64,000 bases of DNA from the NCBI GenBank assembly GCA_048938385.1, contig JBHLMG010000001.1, positions 64,001 to 128,000 of the forward strand, read 5' to 3'. The position numbers and the translations under genes were made by a program. Position 1 is the first letter of the stretch. Each line of letters begins with the position of its first letter. The stretch is from Promethearchaeota archaeon (GTDB lineage: Archaea; Asgardarchaeota; Hermodarchaeia; Hermodarchaeales; Hermodarchaeaceae). Shown piece after piece: positions 1 through 9,675 of this stretch. The notes beneath the pieces are model-generated. The model made no database searches. It was given only the letters and a program-made list of their open reading frames with translations, and was not told the origin of the DNA.

Positions 1-49
1 AACTTGAAAATTAACAAGCTTATGTACCATTTCATAACGAAATTTTTGA

Positions 50-1048
50 TTGCTGATGTCCTCATCCACAATGCAAGAGCATATCTCAATTCTAATACAT
101 GGATTGAATAATCGCGGTATCGATTTCGTCGTATCTGATGCGGCACTAGGCTGCTCATTAACTGAGGTATACATTACCCAAGCTCAAGAGCTAATCCTGT
201 TTCCGCAAAACAGAATCGATACCCCAACTCTTCAATTGATATTAGAGGTTCGGACGCCTCTCAAGGTTCGGTTGACATTCTTTTCTCATGATGTGCCAAG
301 CTTCAAGGCTAATCTAACGCGCGCAATTTCTGCAGTCCAAGACAATGGCTTAGAAATTCCCAATATTGAAAATACAATTTTTGTCCACGAATTAACTGAG
401 CACAACATCTATCGGCTACTTGATTCGTTGGAAAATTACGCCACGCTCAGGACCAATGACACCTCGCGTCCTCCTCTTCAGTCAGCATTACCCTCCCAAA
501 GGGAAAGTGTTGCCCACTCTCCGGCGGCATTAGAAAATTTCCATCTGCACCTCCGAAGGGCAATCAAAACCTATTGGACGGAACGCTACTTCGCAAGATA
601 CCTCAATACGCCAATAGAAAATATGAAAAAAATCGCTTCAAGATTAGGTATTCAACAAGAAACTTGTGGTCAGGAAACGCTATATTTTTTTGAGAGGGCT
701 AAAGCCTTGAGAACCTATTTTTCTCACATCATCAAGGGCATCTTGGCTGAACTCAATCTTCAATATCGCGAAACATTAACTCAGGGATTCTATGTCCTTG
801 ATCTCAAATTAGGGATCTACTTTTTCGATGGAGAAATAGACCAATTGCGAATTTTGGCAGGGGAGTACAAAAACAACCACGAATTAATTATCGTCGTCCC
901 CGAAGCACTACGAAGAAAGATTGGCCAAATCCAAGAACGCTTCTTCCAAGTTTTACCGCTAAATCAGGATAAAATAAAGACTCTGCTCATTCGGACTATT
1001 CAACAACGAATTCAATACCTTCCTGCCCATTCCTCAGGTATTAAATAA
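50..1048 (+). CDS. hypothetical protein (332 aa)
   Basis: Long ORF co-oriented with downstream genes; no recognisable motif. Confidence 0.6.
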   Translation: MLMSSSTMQEHISILIHGLNNRGIDFVVSDAALGCSLTEVYITQAQELILFPQNRIDTPTLQLILEVRTPLKVRLTFFSHDVPSFKANLTRAISAVQDNGLEIPNIENTIFVHELTEHNIYRLLDSLENYATLRTNDTSRPPLQSALPSQRESVAHSPAALENFHLHLRRAIKTYWTERYFARYLNTPIENMKKIASRLGIQQETCGQETLYFFERAKALRTYFSHIIKGILAELNLQYRETLTQGFYVLDLKLGIYFFDGEIDQLRILAGEYKNNHELIIVVPEALRRKIGQIQERFFQVLPLNQDKIKTLLIRTIQQRIQYLPAHSSGIK

Positions 1049-1139
1049 CTTGAATGAAGTGTTCTATCAAGAAAGCAAACACTGACATAAAGTTTAAATC
1101 CAATCTTCCGGAAGCCTTAACGCCCTGTAGGGACTTGCC

Positions 1140-1913
1140 ATGATTGAAGTAATTTGGCTCCAAGAAATCAGCGACCTTCGTGCTCCAATAGCACTCGTTG
1201 GTATGCCAGGGATTGCCAGTGTAGGAAAACTTGCTATCGAAGTGTTAATTCGAAGCCTAAATGCTAAACCTTTGGTGCAAGTGCTCTCTGACGACTTTCC
1301 CCCGCATGTAATGATCGATGAACAAGGAATGATGAAAATACCTGAATGCCAAATTTTCCTACATCGATCAAAAAACTTGAAACATGACATTCTCATGGTT
1401 TCAGGAGATTTCCAGCCCTCAACCTCTCAGGGAATATATGAATTTTCAAATCGTATAGCCGAGACTTTCCAGAAATTAAAAGTATCCAAAGTTGTAGCAA
1501 CAGGGGCTTATGTTCCAGGAGAGTATCCTGAAACACCTAAGGTTTTTGTTTCTTCAACGGGCCCTGAATTCCAAGATTTCTTCACTGAGTTAGATTATGT
1601 TGTTCCAATGTCAGATGGAGTAATTAACGGCGCAAACGGGGTGATACCTGCTTGGGCTTATCTAAAATATGGAATTGAGGGAGTCTGTCTACTAGCCGAG
1701 ACTATTCCATTATTAAGATTAGATCCACGCGCATCAAAGTTAATCGTTGAGGTTCTAAATAACCGGTTCAAGATACAGGCAGATGTTTCAGAGCTAGAAC
1801 AAAAAATTGATGAAATGAAGGGAATTTTCGAACAGGTTAGAGATCATCTACTTCAACAGAGAGTACAACAAGAACCTCGGGATGAATCGGAAAGCGCCAG
1901 TTACATAGGATAG
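1140..1913 (+). CDS. PAC2-family proteasome assembly chaperone-like protein
   Basis: GMPGIASVGKLA N-terminal motif, GDFQP, GANG, CLLAET, DPRASK typical of archaeal PAC2/PbaA-B. Confidence 0.85.
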   Translation: MIEVIWLQEISDLRAPIALVGMPGIASVGKLAIEVLIRSLNAKPLVQVLSDDFPPHVMIDEQGMMKIPECQIFLHRSKNLKHDILMVSGDFQPSTSQGIYEFSNRIAETFQKLKVSKVVATGAYVPGEYPETPKVFVSSTGPEFQDFFTELDYVVPMSDGVINGANGVIPAWAYLKYGIEGVCLLAETIPLLRLDPRASKLIVEVLNNRFKIQADVSELEQKIDEMKGIFEQVRDHLLQQRVQQEPRDESESASYIG

Positions 1914-1944
1914 CTCCAACCACCTTGTGTTTTGAGGGTAGTTT

Positions 1945-2550
1945 ATGGTCTTGCAATCTAAGCCCGCAAAAATACTACTCGCAGTAGTAGGAATTACAAT
2001 TATACTGATTATTATTGATCTCTTACTCTTTCAATGGGAAAACACAACGGCACTCCTTCAGGGAATTCTAACCGCGTTTTCAGTCAACCCAATGTTGAGT
2101 TATGGTGTAGTCATTTTTGTGGGTGGGCTCGGATTTGTTATCGCTAGTTCTCTTTTCTATCGTCGAAGACGCTTTAAGAGTAGTCTACGACATGAATTAG
2201 CTGAAGCCGAACGAATTACACTTCTTGATTTAGCTCAACAATTAGAAGTAACGCCAGCGAGAATTGAAGTTGAACTGAATCGCATGGCAAGTTCAAAAGT
2301 GACGAAGTTTCCTGGGTTATTTATGATTTCACAAGGAAAACATGTCTACCTCGGTCAAAAACTACTAGATCGAATTGTTGATTCTTACAACGATGGTGAA
2401 TCACGAGGTGATATCGCAAGCGCAAACCAGATCAGTCGCGTTGAATTAGACAAAGCGATTGCTCAACTCGTTGATTCTGGGCTAATAGAAGAGCGGGAAG
2501 AAAAAATCACAAGGAAAGTTCGTCCAAGTTATCGTCGCGGAAGTAGGTGA
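1945..2550 (+). CDS. membrane protein with two TM helices and C-terminal winged-helix (PCI-like) domains
   Basis: Two hydrophobic segments followed by RRRR; RITLLDLAQQLEVTPARIEVELNRM and a second HTH-like segment. Confidence 0.55.
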   Translation: MVLQSKPAKILLAVVGITIILIIIDLLLFQWENTTALLQGILTAFSVNPMLSYGVVIFVGGLGFVIASSLFYRRRRFKSSLRHELAEAERITLLDLAQQLEVTPARIEVELNRMASSKVTKFPGLFMISQGKHVYLGQKLLDRIVDSYNDGESRGDIASANQISRVELDKAIAQLVDSGLIEEREEKITRKVRPSYRRGSR

Positions 2551-2575
2551 ATAAGCCGTCCCAGAAGGTGGCAGT

Positions 2576-3409
2576 ATGGGTAAATGGGATTCTGCTAGTC
2601 GGCCCCAAACCAAGGAGAAGATACAGTACCATATCGGATTACAACCTGGTGACATCGCGTCTACAGTTTTGTTACCTGGTGATCCAGCTCGTGCGAAGCT
2701 GATTTCTGAGTTATGGCATTCAGCTACGCATATGGCGAGTAAGCGGGGGTATATTACCTACACGGGACTATACGAAAAAATACCCATTTCAACCACTTCC
2801 ACCGGAATCGGATGCCCCGCTGCTGCAATAGCAATTGAAGAACTCGCTTCAATTGGGGCGAAAACCTTCATTCGCGTTGGTAGTTCTGGTGCACTCCTAA
2901 AAGAAATTAGGTGTGGAGACCTAGTAATTTCTACAGGTGCTGTTCGTTACGATGGAACAAGCCATCAATATGTTACCCAACGATATCCTGCTATTGCGCA
3001 CTACCAAGTGGTGCTAGCTCTGATTGAAGCCGCTGAAAATTTGGGATATCGCTATCATGTCGGTGTAACATGTAGCACTGATAGTTTTTACACTGGGCAA
3101 GGCCGTCCTGGTTATAACGGTTTTAAGCAATCCTTCATGGACACCATTATCCCTGATTTACAAGCTGCTCAGGTTTTGAACTTTGAAATGGAATGTGCTA
3201 CCATTTTCACTCTCTCATCCTTGTTCGGGTTACGAAGCGGAGCGGTATGTGCAGTATTCGCTAATCGTGTAACAAACGAATTTTCTACCCTAGGTGAAAA
3301 AGAAGCCAGCAAAACGGCCTGCGAAGCCGCAAAGATTCTTGCTGAATGGGACGAACAGAAAAAAACAGCTAAAAAGCACTACTGGTCTCCAGGTCTAGCT
3401 TTAAAATAA
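2576..3409 (+). CDS. udp: uridine phosphorylase
   Basis: QYHIGL, LLPGDPAR, STGIGCP, IRVGSSG, FEME motifs. Confidence 0.9.
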   Translation: MGKWDSASRPQTKEKIQYHIGLQPGDIASTVLLPGDPARAKLISELWHSATHMASKRGYITYTGLYEKIPISTTSTGIGCPAAAIAIEELASIGAKTFIRVGSSGALLKEIRCGDLVISTGAVRYDGTSHQYVTQRYPAIAHYQVVLALIEAAENLGYRYHVGVTCSTDSFYTGQGRPGYNGFKQSFMDTIIPDLQAAQVLNFEMECATIFTLSSLFGLRSGAVCAVFANRVTNEFSTLGEKEASKTACEAAKILAEWDEQKKTAKKHYWSPGLALK

Positions 3410-3411
3410 AA

Positions 3412-3570
3412 TGGTAGCCCGGCGCGGATTCGAACCGCGGTCCCGGGGTGACTTCGCTGTTTAACAGTGAACAGCACCAAAGCCCCGGATGAATAGTCAC
3501 GAGTTCCTATGTGGGTAACCCGTTTGACCACTTCATTACCTCAGTAGCGAGGCAACTACACTACCGGGCT
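3412..3570 (-). tRNA. tRNA-Gln(UUG) with three introns (approx. 3531-3555 in D-arm, 3493-3523 at 21/22, 3450-3476 at 37/38); CCA encoded
   Basis: Removing 25+31+27 nt gives a 76-nt cloverleaf AGCCCGG-TA-GTGT-AGTGGTCAA-TCAT-C-CGGGG-CT-TTG-GA-CCCCG-GGAC-CGCGG-TTCGAAT-CCGCG-CCGGGCT-ACCA; A1-U72 is typical of archaeal tRNA-Gln; clean BHB at 37/38 (CTTT/GAAG). Confidence 0.9.
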
Positions 3571-3626
3571 ACGCGATATCTGACTCGAACTTTTTTCGTT
3601 AGTACTTCTTGAGTCTTTCGGCGTGT

Positions 3627-5360
3627 TTATTTTGATAAATCTTCACGTAAGCTAAGAAGGATGCGATCCATTCTAGATACAGCCCTGTCTCGCCGTTTTT
3701 CGATGTCTTTACTTAGCTTCTGATATGCCGCAGCGGTGATCCGTTTTTGGCGATATCTTTGTTCGAGGGCGTGGAGGGCTTCAATTGCACTAACACGCTC
3801 CGCCTCGAGAATTTCGAGTTGTCGACAATTAGATTCGTACTTTCCTCCCGCATCAATTAGGGCTTGTGTTCGTGTAGATAGCTCAGTGTTAAGCGTACGA
3901 AGCTTGCGTTCGAAATTCTTCTTCTCCTTACGATAACGAGGCTTCGAGATTTTTCCTTGAAGCATAGACTGTTCGAGGCGTTCAGTTTGTAAGAGTATAG
4001 CAATTTTTTCGCCGTATAATGAACAAAATTCTCCCAATACTGCCGTATCAATTTCAGCAAGAGGGCTAATAATGTCCTCTTCTTCTCGGAAAATTGGAGT
4101 CCGTCGAAAAGCAGCATAAGCTAGACACATTATTCCAATGACGAGAAAGAGGAGGGTTGGCCTCGCAAGAACTGGCTGGATTGGGTATACATAATAGAAG
4201 GCGATTTCAGCTTGGTGTAAAGATGTAACATTCGAATTATGAAAACGAACTAGATACTGTCCAGTTGGTGAGATAGTTACTTGGGAATCGGTGGGAATTC
4301 CTTGAAGCCAACTGCCAATTGGAAGATGGAATTCGGTAACCTGATTTTGAATAAACCACGGATCTCCAGAAAATAGATTGAAATGGAAAAATAAACCAGT
4401 CTGTAAAACTTGTTGGTGATAATCCAGCGGAATTCGGTACTCGACAAAAAACTGGTACACATCGCCTTCTTGAAGATGGTATTGCAGTCCGACTCTAAGC
4501 GTTCCTGGATGGGTTGCATTAGTGGGGGTTGCAATCTGGCTGGTGAGATTAGACACGCTATCAAAGACCCTTAGAAATTCACTCCCTGGGGGAAGGGTTA
4601 CTGAGATATCTGTCCACCGGCGATTGGGAGTTGAGGAGAAAAGAGGATTAGGACTATCAACCCGAAATGTATGGACTTCATGAGCGAAGATATAGCCCCA
4701 CCCATCTAGAGATAAAACGCGCTTCAATTCTAAATAAGTGATTACGGGTAAAAAGGAACTACTGGCATGATTAAGAATTACGGTCCGTTCCTCAAAGTAA
4801 TAGGGGTGAATGTTGGTCCCTGTCCATAAATCCTGTGTAGGCGAAGTAACAGCACGATGGTGAGTAAAGGTAGTCGAGAAGCTTTTGATGAAATATGGAC
4901 TAGTTGGGAAGGGAGAGAAGGTCACACTGGCAGTGAGTGTATCTTGGACTGTTAATCCTGCCAAAGCCATCGATGCAACGAAAGAAACATTATGGTCGGG
5001 CATTAAAGGTTCTGGTAGAAAGATTCGCCAACCAGTACAATTTGGACCAATTAACGGTACTCTCTGAAAGAATAGGCTATTCTCATCTACGGTTTCAACA
5101 TGGAATTCTTTGACGCTCTCTATCGCAGAAAGGGGATAAGCTACCAACAGATGGAAAGCTGGGCTTGTAGTAGGATTGAACACTGTAATTGTATCTGTGA
5201 TAATGAGCATTCCATACTGCTGAAGATCTGCATTGCGTTGAAAATCTGTGATTACCAGTTGTGATTGATCCGCAGATGCCGTTGGAACAACTGCATAAAT
5301 CACTGGTAAACAGATCAACATGAGTAAGAGTAGGACCCGAGCCTTCACGAAGACACACAC
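3627..5360 (-). CDS. ribophorin I (OST1/RPN1)-like oligosaccharyltransferase subunit
   Basis: Signal peptide, beta-rich luminal domain with LKRVLSLDGWGYIFAHE resembling the ribophorin I LxRxIEVSHWGxIxxEE motif, single TM helix, helical cytosolic tail. Confidence 0.7.
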   Translation of the reverse strand: MCVFVKARVLLLLMLICLPVIYAVVPTASADQSQLVITDFQRNADLQQYGMLIITDTITVFNPTTSPAFHLLVAYPLSAIESVKEFHVETVDENSLFFQRVPLIGPNCTGWRIFLPEPLMPDHNVSFVASMALAGLTVQDTLTASVTFSPFPTSPYFIKSFSTTFTHHRAVTSPTQDLWTGTNIHPYYFEERTVILNHASSSFLPVITYLELKRVLSLDGWGYIFAHEVHTFRVDSPNPLFSSTPNRRWTDISVTLPPGSEFLRVFDSVSNLTSQIATPTNATHPGTLRVGLQYHLQEGDVYQFFVEYRIPLDYHQQVLQTGLFFHFNLFSGDPWFIQNQVTEFHLPIGSWLQGIPTDSQVTISPTGQYLVRFHNSNVTSLHQAEIAFYYVYPIQPVLARPTLLFLVIGIMCLAYAAFRRTPIFREEEDIISPLAEIDTAVLGEFCSLYGEKIAILLQTERLEQSMLQGKISKPRYRKEKKNFERKLRTLNTELSTRTQALIDAGGKYESNCRQLEILEAERVSAIEALHALEQRYRQKRITAAAYQKLSKDIEKRRDRAVSRMDRILLSLREDLSK

Positions 5361-5500
5361 CGTTTCCGGGTTTCGTGATGTCGATTCTTTTCGCGTATTT
5401 AAGCGTTCTCTTAATTACAATACACGAAGCAATAATCTTCAACCCCAGCTCTCTCATGCTTAAAGAGTAAATAAATAATCTAAGGCATGCACTGTTATTG

Positions 5501-6274
5501 CTACTCTAATGGGATTTTCCAAGAATCCGGCACCGTTGCGTATACCTGAGCGGGCACACCATAGACAATAGTTTTTGGAGGTACATCCTTTGTAACGACG
5601 GCTCCTGCCCCCACAACGGATTCAGCTCCAATTTCTACAGATGGTAGGATCACTGCACCTGCACCAATGCTGGCTCCCTTTCGAATAATGGGACCATGTA
5701 ATTCATATGGCGCCCTCATGGCGTATTTGTCATTGGTTAAAATGCAATGAGGCCCTAGGAAGACATTATCCTCAATGTGCGTACGCCAAGGGATGTATAC
5801 GTTTGTTTGGATTGATACCTTTGATCCAATCACCGAGTTTCCATCAATAGTAGCACTTGTTCCTATCATCGAGTCATTTCCGATTTTAACCTGCTCGCGT
5901 ATCAATACATTATGACCAATACGAACATTATCTCCCAGTACTATACCGGCGTATAATACCGATCCTGGTCGGACAATGCACTGGTTACCGATTTCAGTCT
6001 TTTCCGTATTCTGCCAAGGAACATCAATCTCCCCGCTTTGAAACTGAAAAATCTGCTGTTGATTAGGAAAACCCACAATCACTCTTTCACCAATAAAGAC
6101 CTGATTCCCTATCTTCGCTGGTCCCTGAATTTTACAACTAGCACCAAAAAAACAACGAGTCCCCGTTTGCACCCTACCGCGCAACACGGCAAAGGCTTCA
6201 ACAACACATCCTTCACCGAGACGAACTTCATCTTCAATTACAGAATTCTGTTGACTCTCTGATTCCCCCACCAA
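5501..6274 (-). CDS. hexapeptide-repeat sugar N-acetyltransferase (WbpD/WlbB-like)
   Basis: LbH repeats, FLGPHCILTND, IGAGAVILP, VGAGAVVTKDVP, GVPA. Confidence 0.85.
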   Translation of the reverse strand: MVGESESQQNSVIEDEVRLGEGCVVEAFAVLRGRVQTGTRCFFGASCKIQGPAKIGNQVFIGERVIVGFPNQQQIFQFQSGEIDVPWQNTEKTEIGNQCIVRPGSVLYAGIVLGDNVRIGHNVLIREQVKIGNDSMIGTSATIDGNSVIGSKVSIQTNVYIPWRTHIEDNVFLGPHCILTNDKYAMRAPYELHGPIIRKGASIGAGAVILPSVEIGAESVVGAGAVVTKDVPPKTIVYGVPAQVYATVPDSWKIPLE

Positions 6275-7282
6275 CTAGAACTCCTCCTCTAAGTAAATTA
6301 TTTTTTTACTTTGCGCGCTGACTAACGCTGCTTCTGCGATTTTTAATGCCTCTAACCCATCACGACCTGAAGTGAGGGGTTCTTGTTGCTGGGCAACGCT
6401 CTGAATGAAATGAGTAAGCTCATGTTTAAGGGGTTCATCCCATGAAGCCGTGGACTTTTGTATCCATTGATTTGTGCCCAGGGAAACCTCTTGGGATATA
6501 TAATCCAAGGACAAAACCCCTCGGGATCCTGTGATGTTCAAGCCTCTGAGTTTGTGCGGGGTCAACCAATTGCACTCTATGAAAAATGTAGGCTTGTCAT
6601 CAAAACGGATGACCAGGTTTGCATGGTCTTCATACTTATGATAAAGGCTCCCTGCTATGGCATATACTGAAGTCGCTTCCTGTTTTACCATGTATCTTGC
6701 AATATCAATATCATGGATTGCTAAATCCTTGATGATGCCAATGTCTGCTACCCGCTCTGGTACGAAGGGTCCCAGTCTGCGTGCAGAACCCAACACCAGT
6801 TCTCCAATATTTCCCTCATCAATGACCTCTACAGCCGTTTGCACAGATGGATTGAAGCGTTCCACAAAACCCACCATAAGAATGCTCTTAGCGGATTTCG
6901 CAGCGTCAATGATACGATGGGCTTGTTGAACCGTATCCGTCATCGGTTTTTCAACGAGTATGTGTTTACCGGCTTCGATGGCTTGTAACGCAATATCTGC
7001 ATGAGTGACAGTAGGTGTACAAATTGTAATGGCATCGACATCTTCGAGACGCAACAAATCGTCGACATCTGAAAAGTGCTGTGTGTTAAACCTTTTTGCA
7101 AGGGTCCTTGCTCGGTCGTTGTCACGATCAACTATAGCAATCAGGTTTGCTTTGTCTAATTCAGAGAAAACTCTAGCATGGTTTTTACCCCATGCTCCAA
7201 CTCCGACAACACCTACCCCAACGGGCTTCAATGGATTCACCACGCCTACAGAACCTGTTAGACCTTTAAAACTTACCGTCAT
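6275..7282 (-). CDS. Gfo/Idh/MocA oxidoreductase (UDP-GlcNAc/GlcNAcA 3-dehydrogenase-like)
   Basis: GVGAWG Rossmann motif, EKP, VGFVERFNP, DLAIHDID. Confidence 0.85.
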   Translation of the reverse strand: MTVSFKGLTGSVGVVNPLKPVGVGVVGVGAWGKNHARVFSELDKANLIAIVDRDNDRARTLAKRFNTQHFSDVDDLLRLEDVDAITICTPTVTHADIALQAIEAGKHILVEKPMTDTVQQAHRIIDAAKSAKSILMVGFVERFNPSVQTAVEVIDEGNIGELVLGSARRLGPFVPERVADIGIIKDLAIHDIDIARYMVKQEATSVYAIAGSLYHKYEDHANLVIRFDDKPTFFIECNWLTPHKLRGLNITGSRGVLSLDYISQEVSLGTNQWIQKSTASWDEPLKHELTHFIQSVAQQQEPLTSGRDGLEALKIAEAALVSAQSKKIIYLEEEF

Positions 7283-7337
7283 TTCGTTTAAACCAGTTTA
7301 TTCGAAACGATAATTTAGGAGAATGCTCAAACACTGA

Positions 7338-8159
7338 GTGATCACCATGAATCTAAACGAACCCGCAGAAAAGCTCAGACAACTTGGTCTCACTGAGTAC
7401 GAGAGTCAGGCGTACTTAGTACTTGTCGAAGGGTCGCAAATGAGTGCTGAGAAAATCGCGCGAAAAGCTAACATTCCAATACCGCGGGTATATGGTGTTC
7501 TTGATAATCTAAGGGATCTAGGGTTAATAGTGATAATTGAGGGTAGACCAAAGAAATTTGAAATCATCAGTCCTGAGGAAGGGTTGCAGAATCTCCTCAA
7601 AATTCGTAAGAAATCTGCTGAAGAAGCGTTAAATCAGCTAGAAGCTACAAGCGTGGAAGTAAAAGAGGTTCTTTCACCCATTTTCTGGCGTGAGCGGTTA
7701 CGAATACGACCAGAAGACCTCCTTGAGCCTTTGGAGAATTTAGCGTTGACTGAGAAACAAACGAAACTTTTGATTAACGAAGCGAAAACCTCTATTGATA
7801 TCTTTACGGACATTTTCAATTGGTTCGATGCTGTCGAAGCTAATCTCGTCAAGGCAAAAAAACGCGGCGTCAAAATTCGCATCCTCATGAACATGGAACA
7901 TGCTGAAACCAGATCTACGGTCGAAAAACTTCAACCGATGGGTATCAGTGTCCGACAGCCTACAGATCTACGATTTCCTGTCCGTGGAACCCTCATCGAT
8001 GGATCTAAAGTAATTTTTCTGATTTGGGCCTCACCGAATACAAAAAGAGATCATCCACGCTATGTCTACCGACCAAGCTATTCAGCCAACGAAGGCATTG
8101 TAGCGATATTCAAACAAAGCTTTGAATATAGGTGGCAAAAGGCACGAACTAAGTCCTAG
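7338..8159 (+). CDS. TrmB-family transcriptional regulator
   Basis: LGLTEYESQAY...IPRVYGVL...GRPKKF N-terminal wHTH plus PLD-like effector domain. Confidence 0.9.
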   Translation: MITMNLNEPAEKLRQLGLTEYESQAYLVLVEGSQMSAEKIARKANIPIPRVYGVLDNLRDLGLIVIIEGRPKKFEIISPEEGLQNLLKIRKKSAEEALNQLEATSVEVKEVLSPIFWRERLRIRPEDLLEPLENLALTEKQTKLLINEAKTSIDIFTDIFNWFDAVEANLVKAKKRGVKIRILMNMEHAETRSTVEKLQPMGISVRQPTDLRFPVRGTLIDGSKVIFLIWASPNTKRDHPRYVYRPSYSANEGIVAIFKQSFEYRWQKARTKS

Positions 8160-8167
8160 CTATTTGT

Positions 8168-9544
8168 CTAACTGGCATTAGCCATTTGGTATCGGAAATA
8201 CAACCTTGTCGAATAATGCCAGAGTGTTAACCATCCAAAGACGAATAGAATACCAGCGATCGGCCAAAGATCGCTCTGCACGATTACAATCAGGAAGTCC
8301 AATAACCAGAATCCTAGCATGCCAATACCCCAAACAACGATCATAATTGAAATTAAACCAGCGAGTCGTATTCCAAGATGATCTACATTTCGAAGGGCTA
8401 CAAATACTCCCAAGATGAGACAGATAGGTACAATGAGAATCCACACATTAGCTGGCCAGTTGAGTAAAAATCCAGTATCGAATGGAATCAGAAATAAGGT
8501 TAGGATGGCGAGTATGCTGCTTGCTAGAGTAAGGAGGGCTAACGAAAGAATTATTCGTGGCTCGGACATCGGTCCACGTCCTAGTACCAAGCGAGTCAAA
8601 GTAAGGGGGGCATCCGCATCCCGAGAAGCCGCTAATTTTCCGTCGTCCTGAAAAATAGTTGGTCGACTTCGCATTTGTCGTCGTTCTAACAATCCACCAA
8701 TACTTACCAAACTATAAAACGCATTCATAATTGCAGGAAGAAGTGCGACAATCGCTAAAATTTCAACTCGCCCTAATATAGCGATAGCCCCAACTGCTGC
8801 CCCAATTGTCAATGATCCTGAATCTCCGGCAAAGGTTCGAGCAGGATACCGATTATAATACAAGTACGCGAGAAGAGCACCAAGCATTACACCGGACAGT
8901 AATACCCCCAGCTCTGCTCCAGGAATTCCGACAAAGAGCATTAACAAAGACACTACAAATATCGCTACGAACATGAAAATAGCAGTGAAAGGCATTACAC
9001 CATTAAAAACATCAATCATGTTTATCGCGTTTGCAGGAACCGCAATTGCCAGCGGAATTAACAAGGGATAAATAATCGTTAATCGCGTTCTACCAAGAAA
9101 AGGTAAAAACGGACCAGAATTATATGCGGGGATGAGGGGGGGAACCAACCCAAACGCCATAACCGTCCAGCTATAGATGAGAATTGGCAAACAAGCAATC
9201 GCGGTTAAAAGCGGTTTCACTTTGGGTCCAAGGGTCTTTAGGTCATCAACAATCCCGATCAAACCTGCTAAGAGGATTACAGACAAAAACACTAAAATTC
9301 GGAGGTCGAAAAAACCGCCCCCGATGATTCCAAGGCTGATAAAGAGAATAATACACCCAATAGTCAGCCCAAAGATTATCCCTACTCCGCCCATTTCAGC
9401 AACTTCGGGTTTATCCAGCTTGTGCACATCGATGCCTACAATATTACGGCTTCGCATTTTCTTGATCACAAATGGAAGAACAACGAAAGTGACAACGAGG
9501 GTTGAGAAAAATCCGATGATCGTTGAAAGAATGATGTGAATCAC
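8168..9544 (-). CDS. UDP-GlcNAc:dolichyl-phosphate GlcNAc-1-phosphotransferase (AglH/Alg7, MraY superfamily)
   Basis: GIDVHK, EMGG, GIVDD, NAINMIDVFNG, NRYPARTFAGDSG; multi-TM. Confidence 0.85.
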   Translation of the reverse strand: MIHIILSTIIGFFSTLVVTFVVLPFVIKKMRSRNIVGIDVHKLDKPEVAEMGGVGIIFGLTIGCIILFISLGIIGGGFFDLRILVFLSVILLAGLIGIVDDLKTLGPKVKPLLTAIACLPILIYSWTVMAFGLVPPLIPAYNSGPFLPFLGRTRLTIIYPLLIPLAIAVPANAINMIDVFNGVMPFTAIFMFVAIFVVSLLMLFVGIPGAELGVLLSGVMLGALLAYLYYNRYPARTFAGDSGSLTIGAAVGAIAILGRVEILAIVALLPAIMNAFYSLVSIGGLLERRQMRSRPTIFQDDGKLAASRDADAPLTLTRLVLGRGPMSEPRIILSLALLTLASSILAILTLFLIPFDTGFLLNWPANVWILIVPICLILGVFVALRNVDHLGIRLAGLISIMIVVWGIGMLGFWLLDFLIVIVQSDLWPIAGILFVFGWLTLWHYSTRLYFRYQMANAS

Positions 9545-9675
9545 AATACTGCAGCCTCATAAACTGCTGAAGGATTTAAAGCCAGTCAAAATCCATTGTA
9601 CCTTATAAAGGCATTCCTCCAGTTGTATGTAGGGGGGAGAAGGTTAAATATTGAATATGAACTTGCTGTGTATCA

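Noticed and set aside
3493-3555. Single large D-arm intron in tRNA-Gln using the helix AGTT/GACT
   Set aside because: It would leave a 6-nt D-loop without G18-G19; the two-intron parse restores the consensus D-loop
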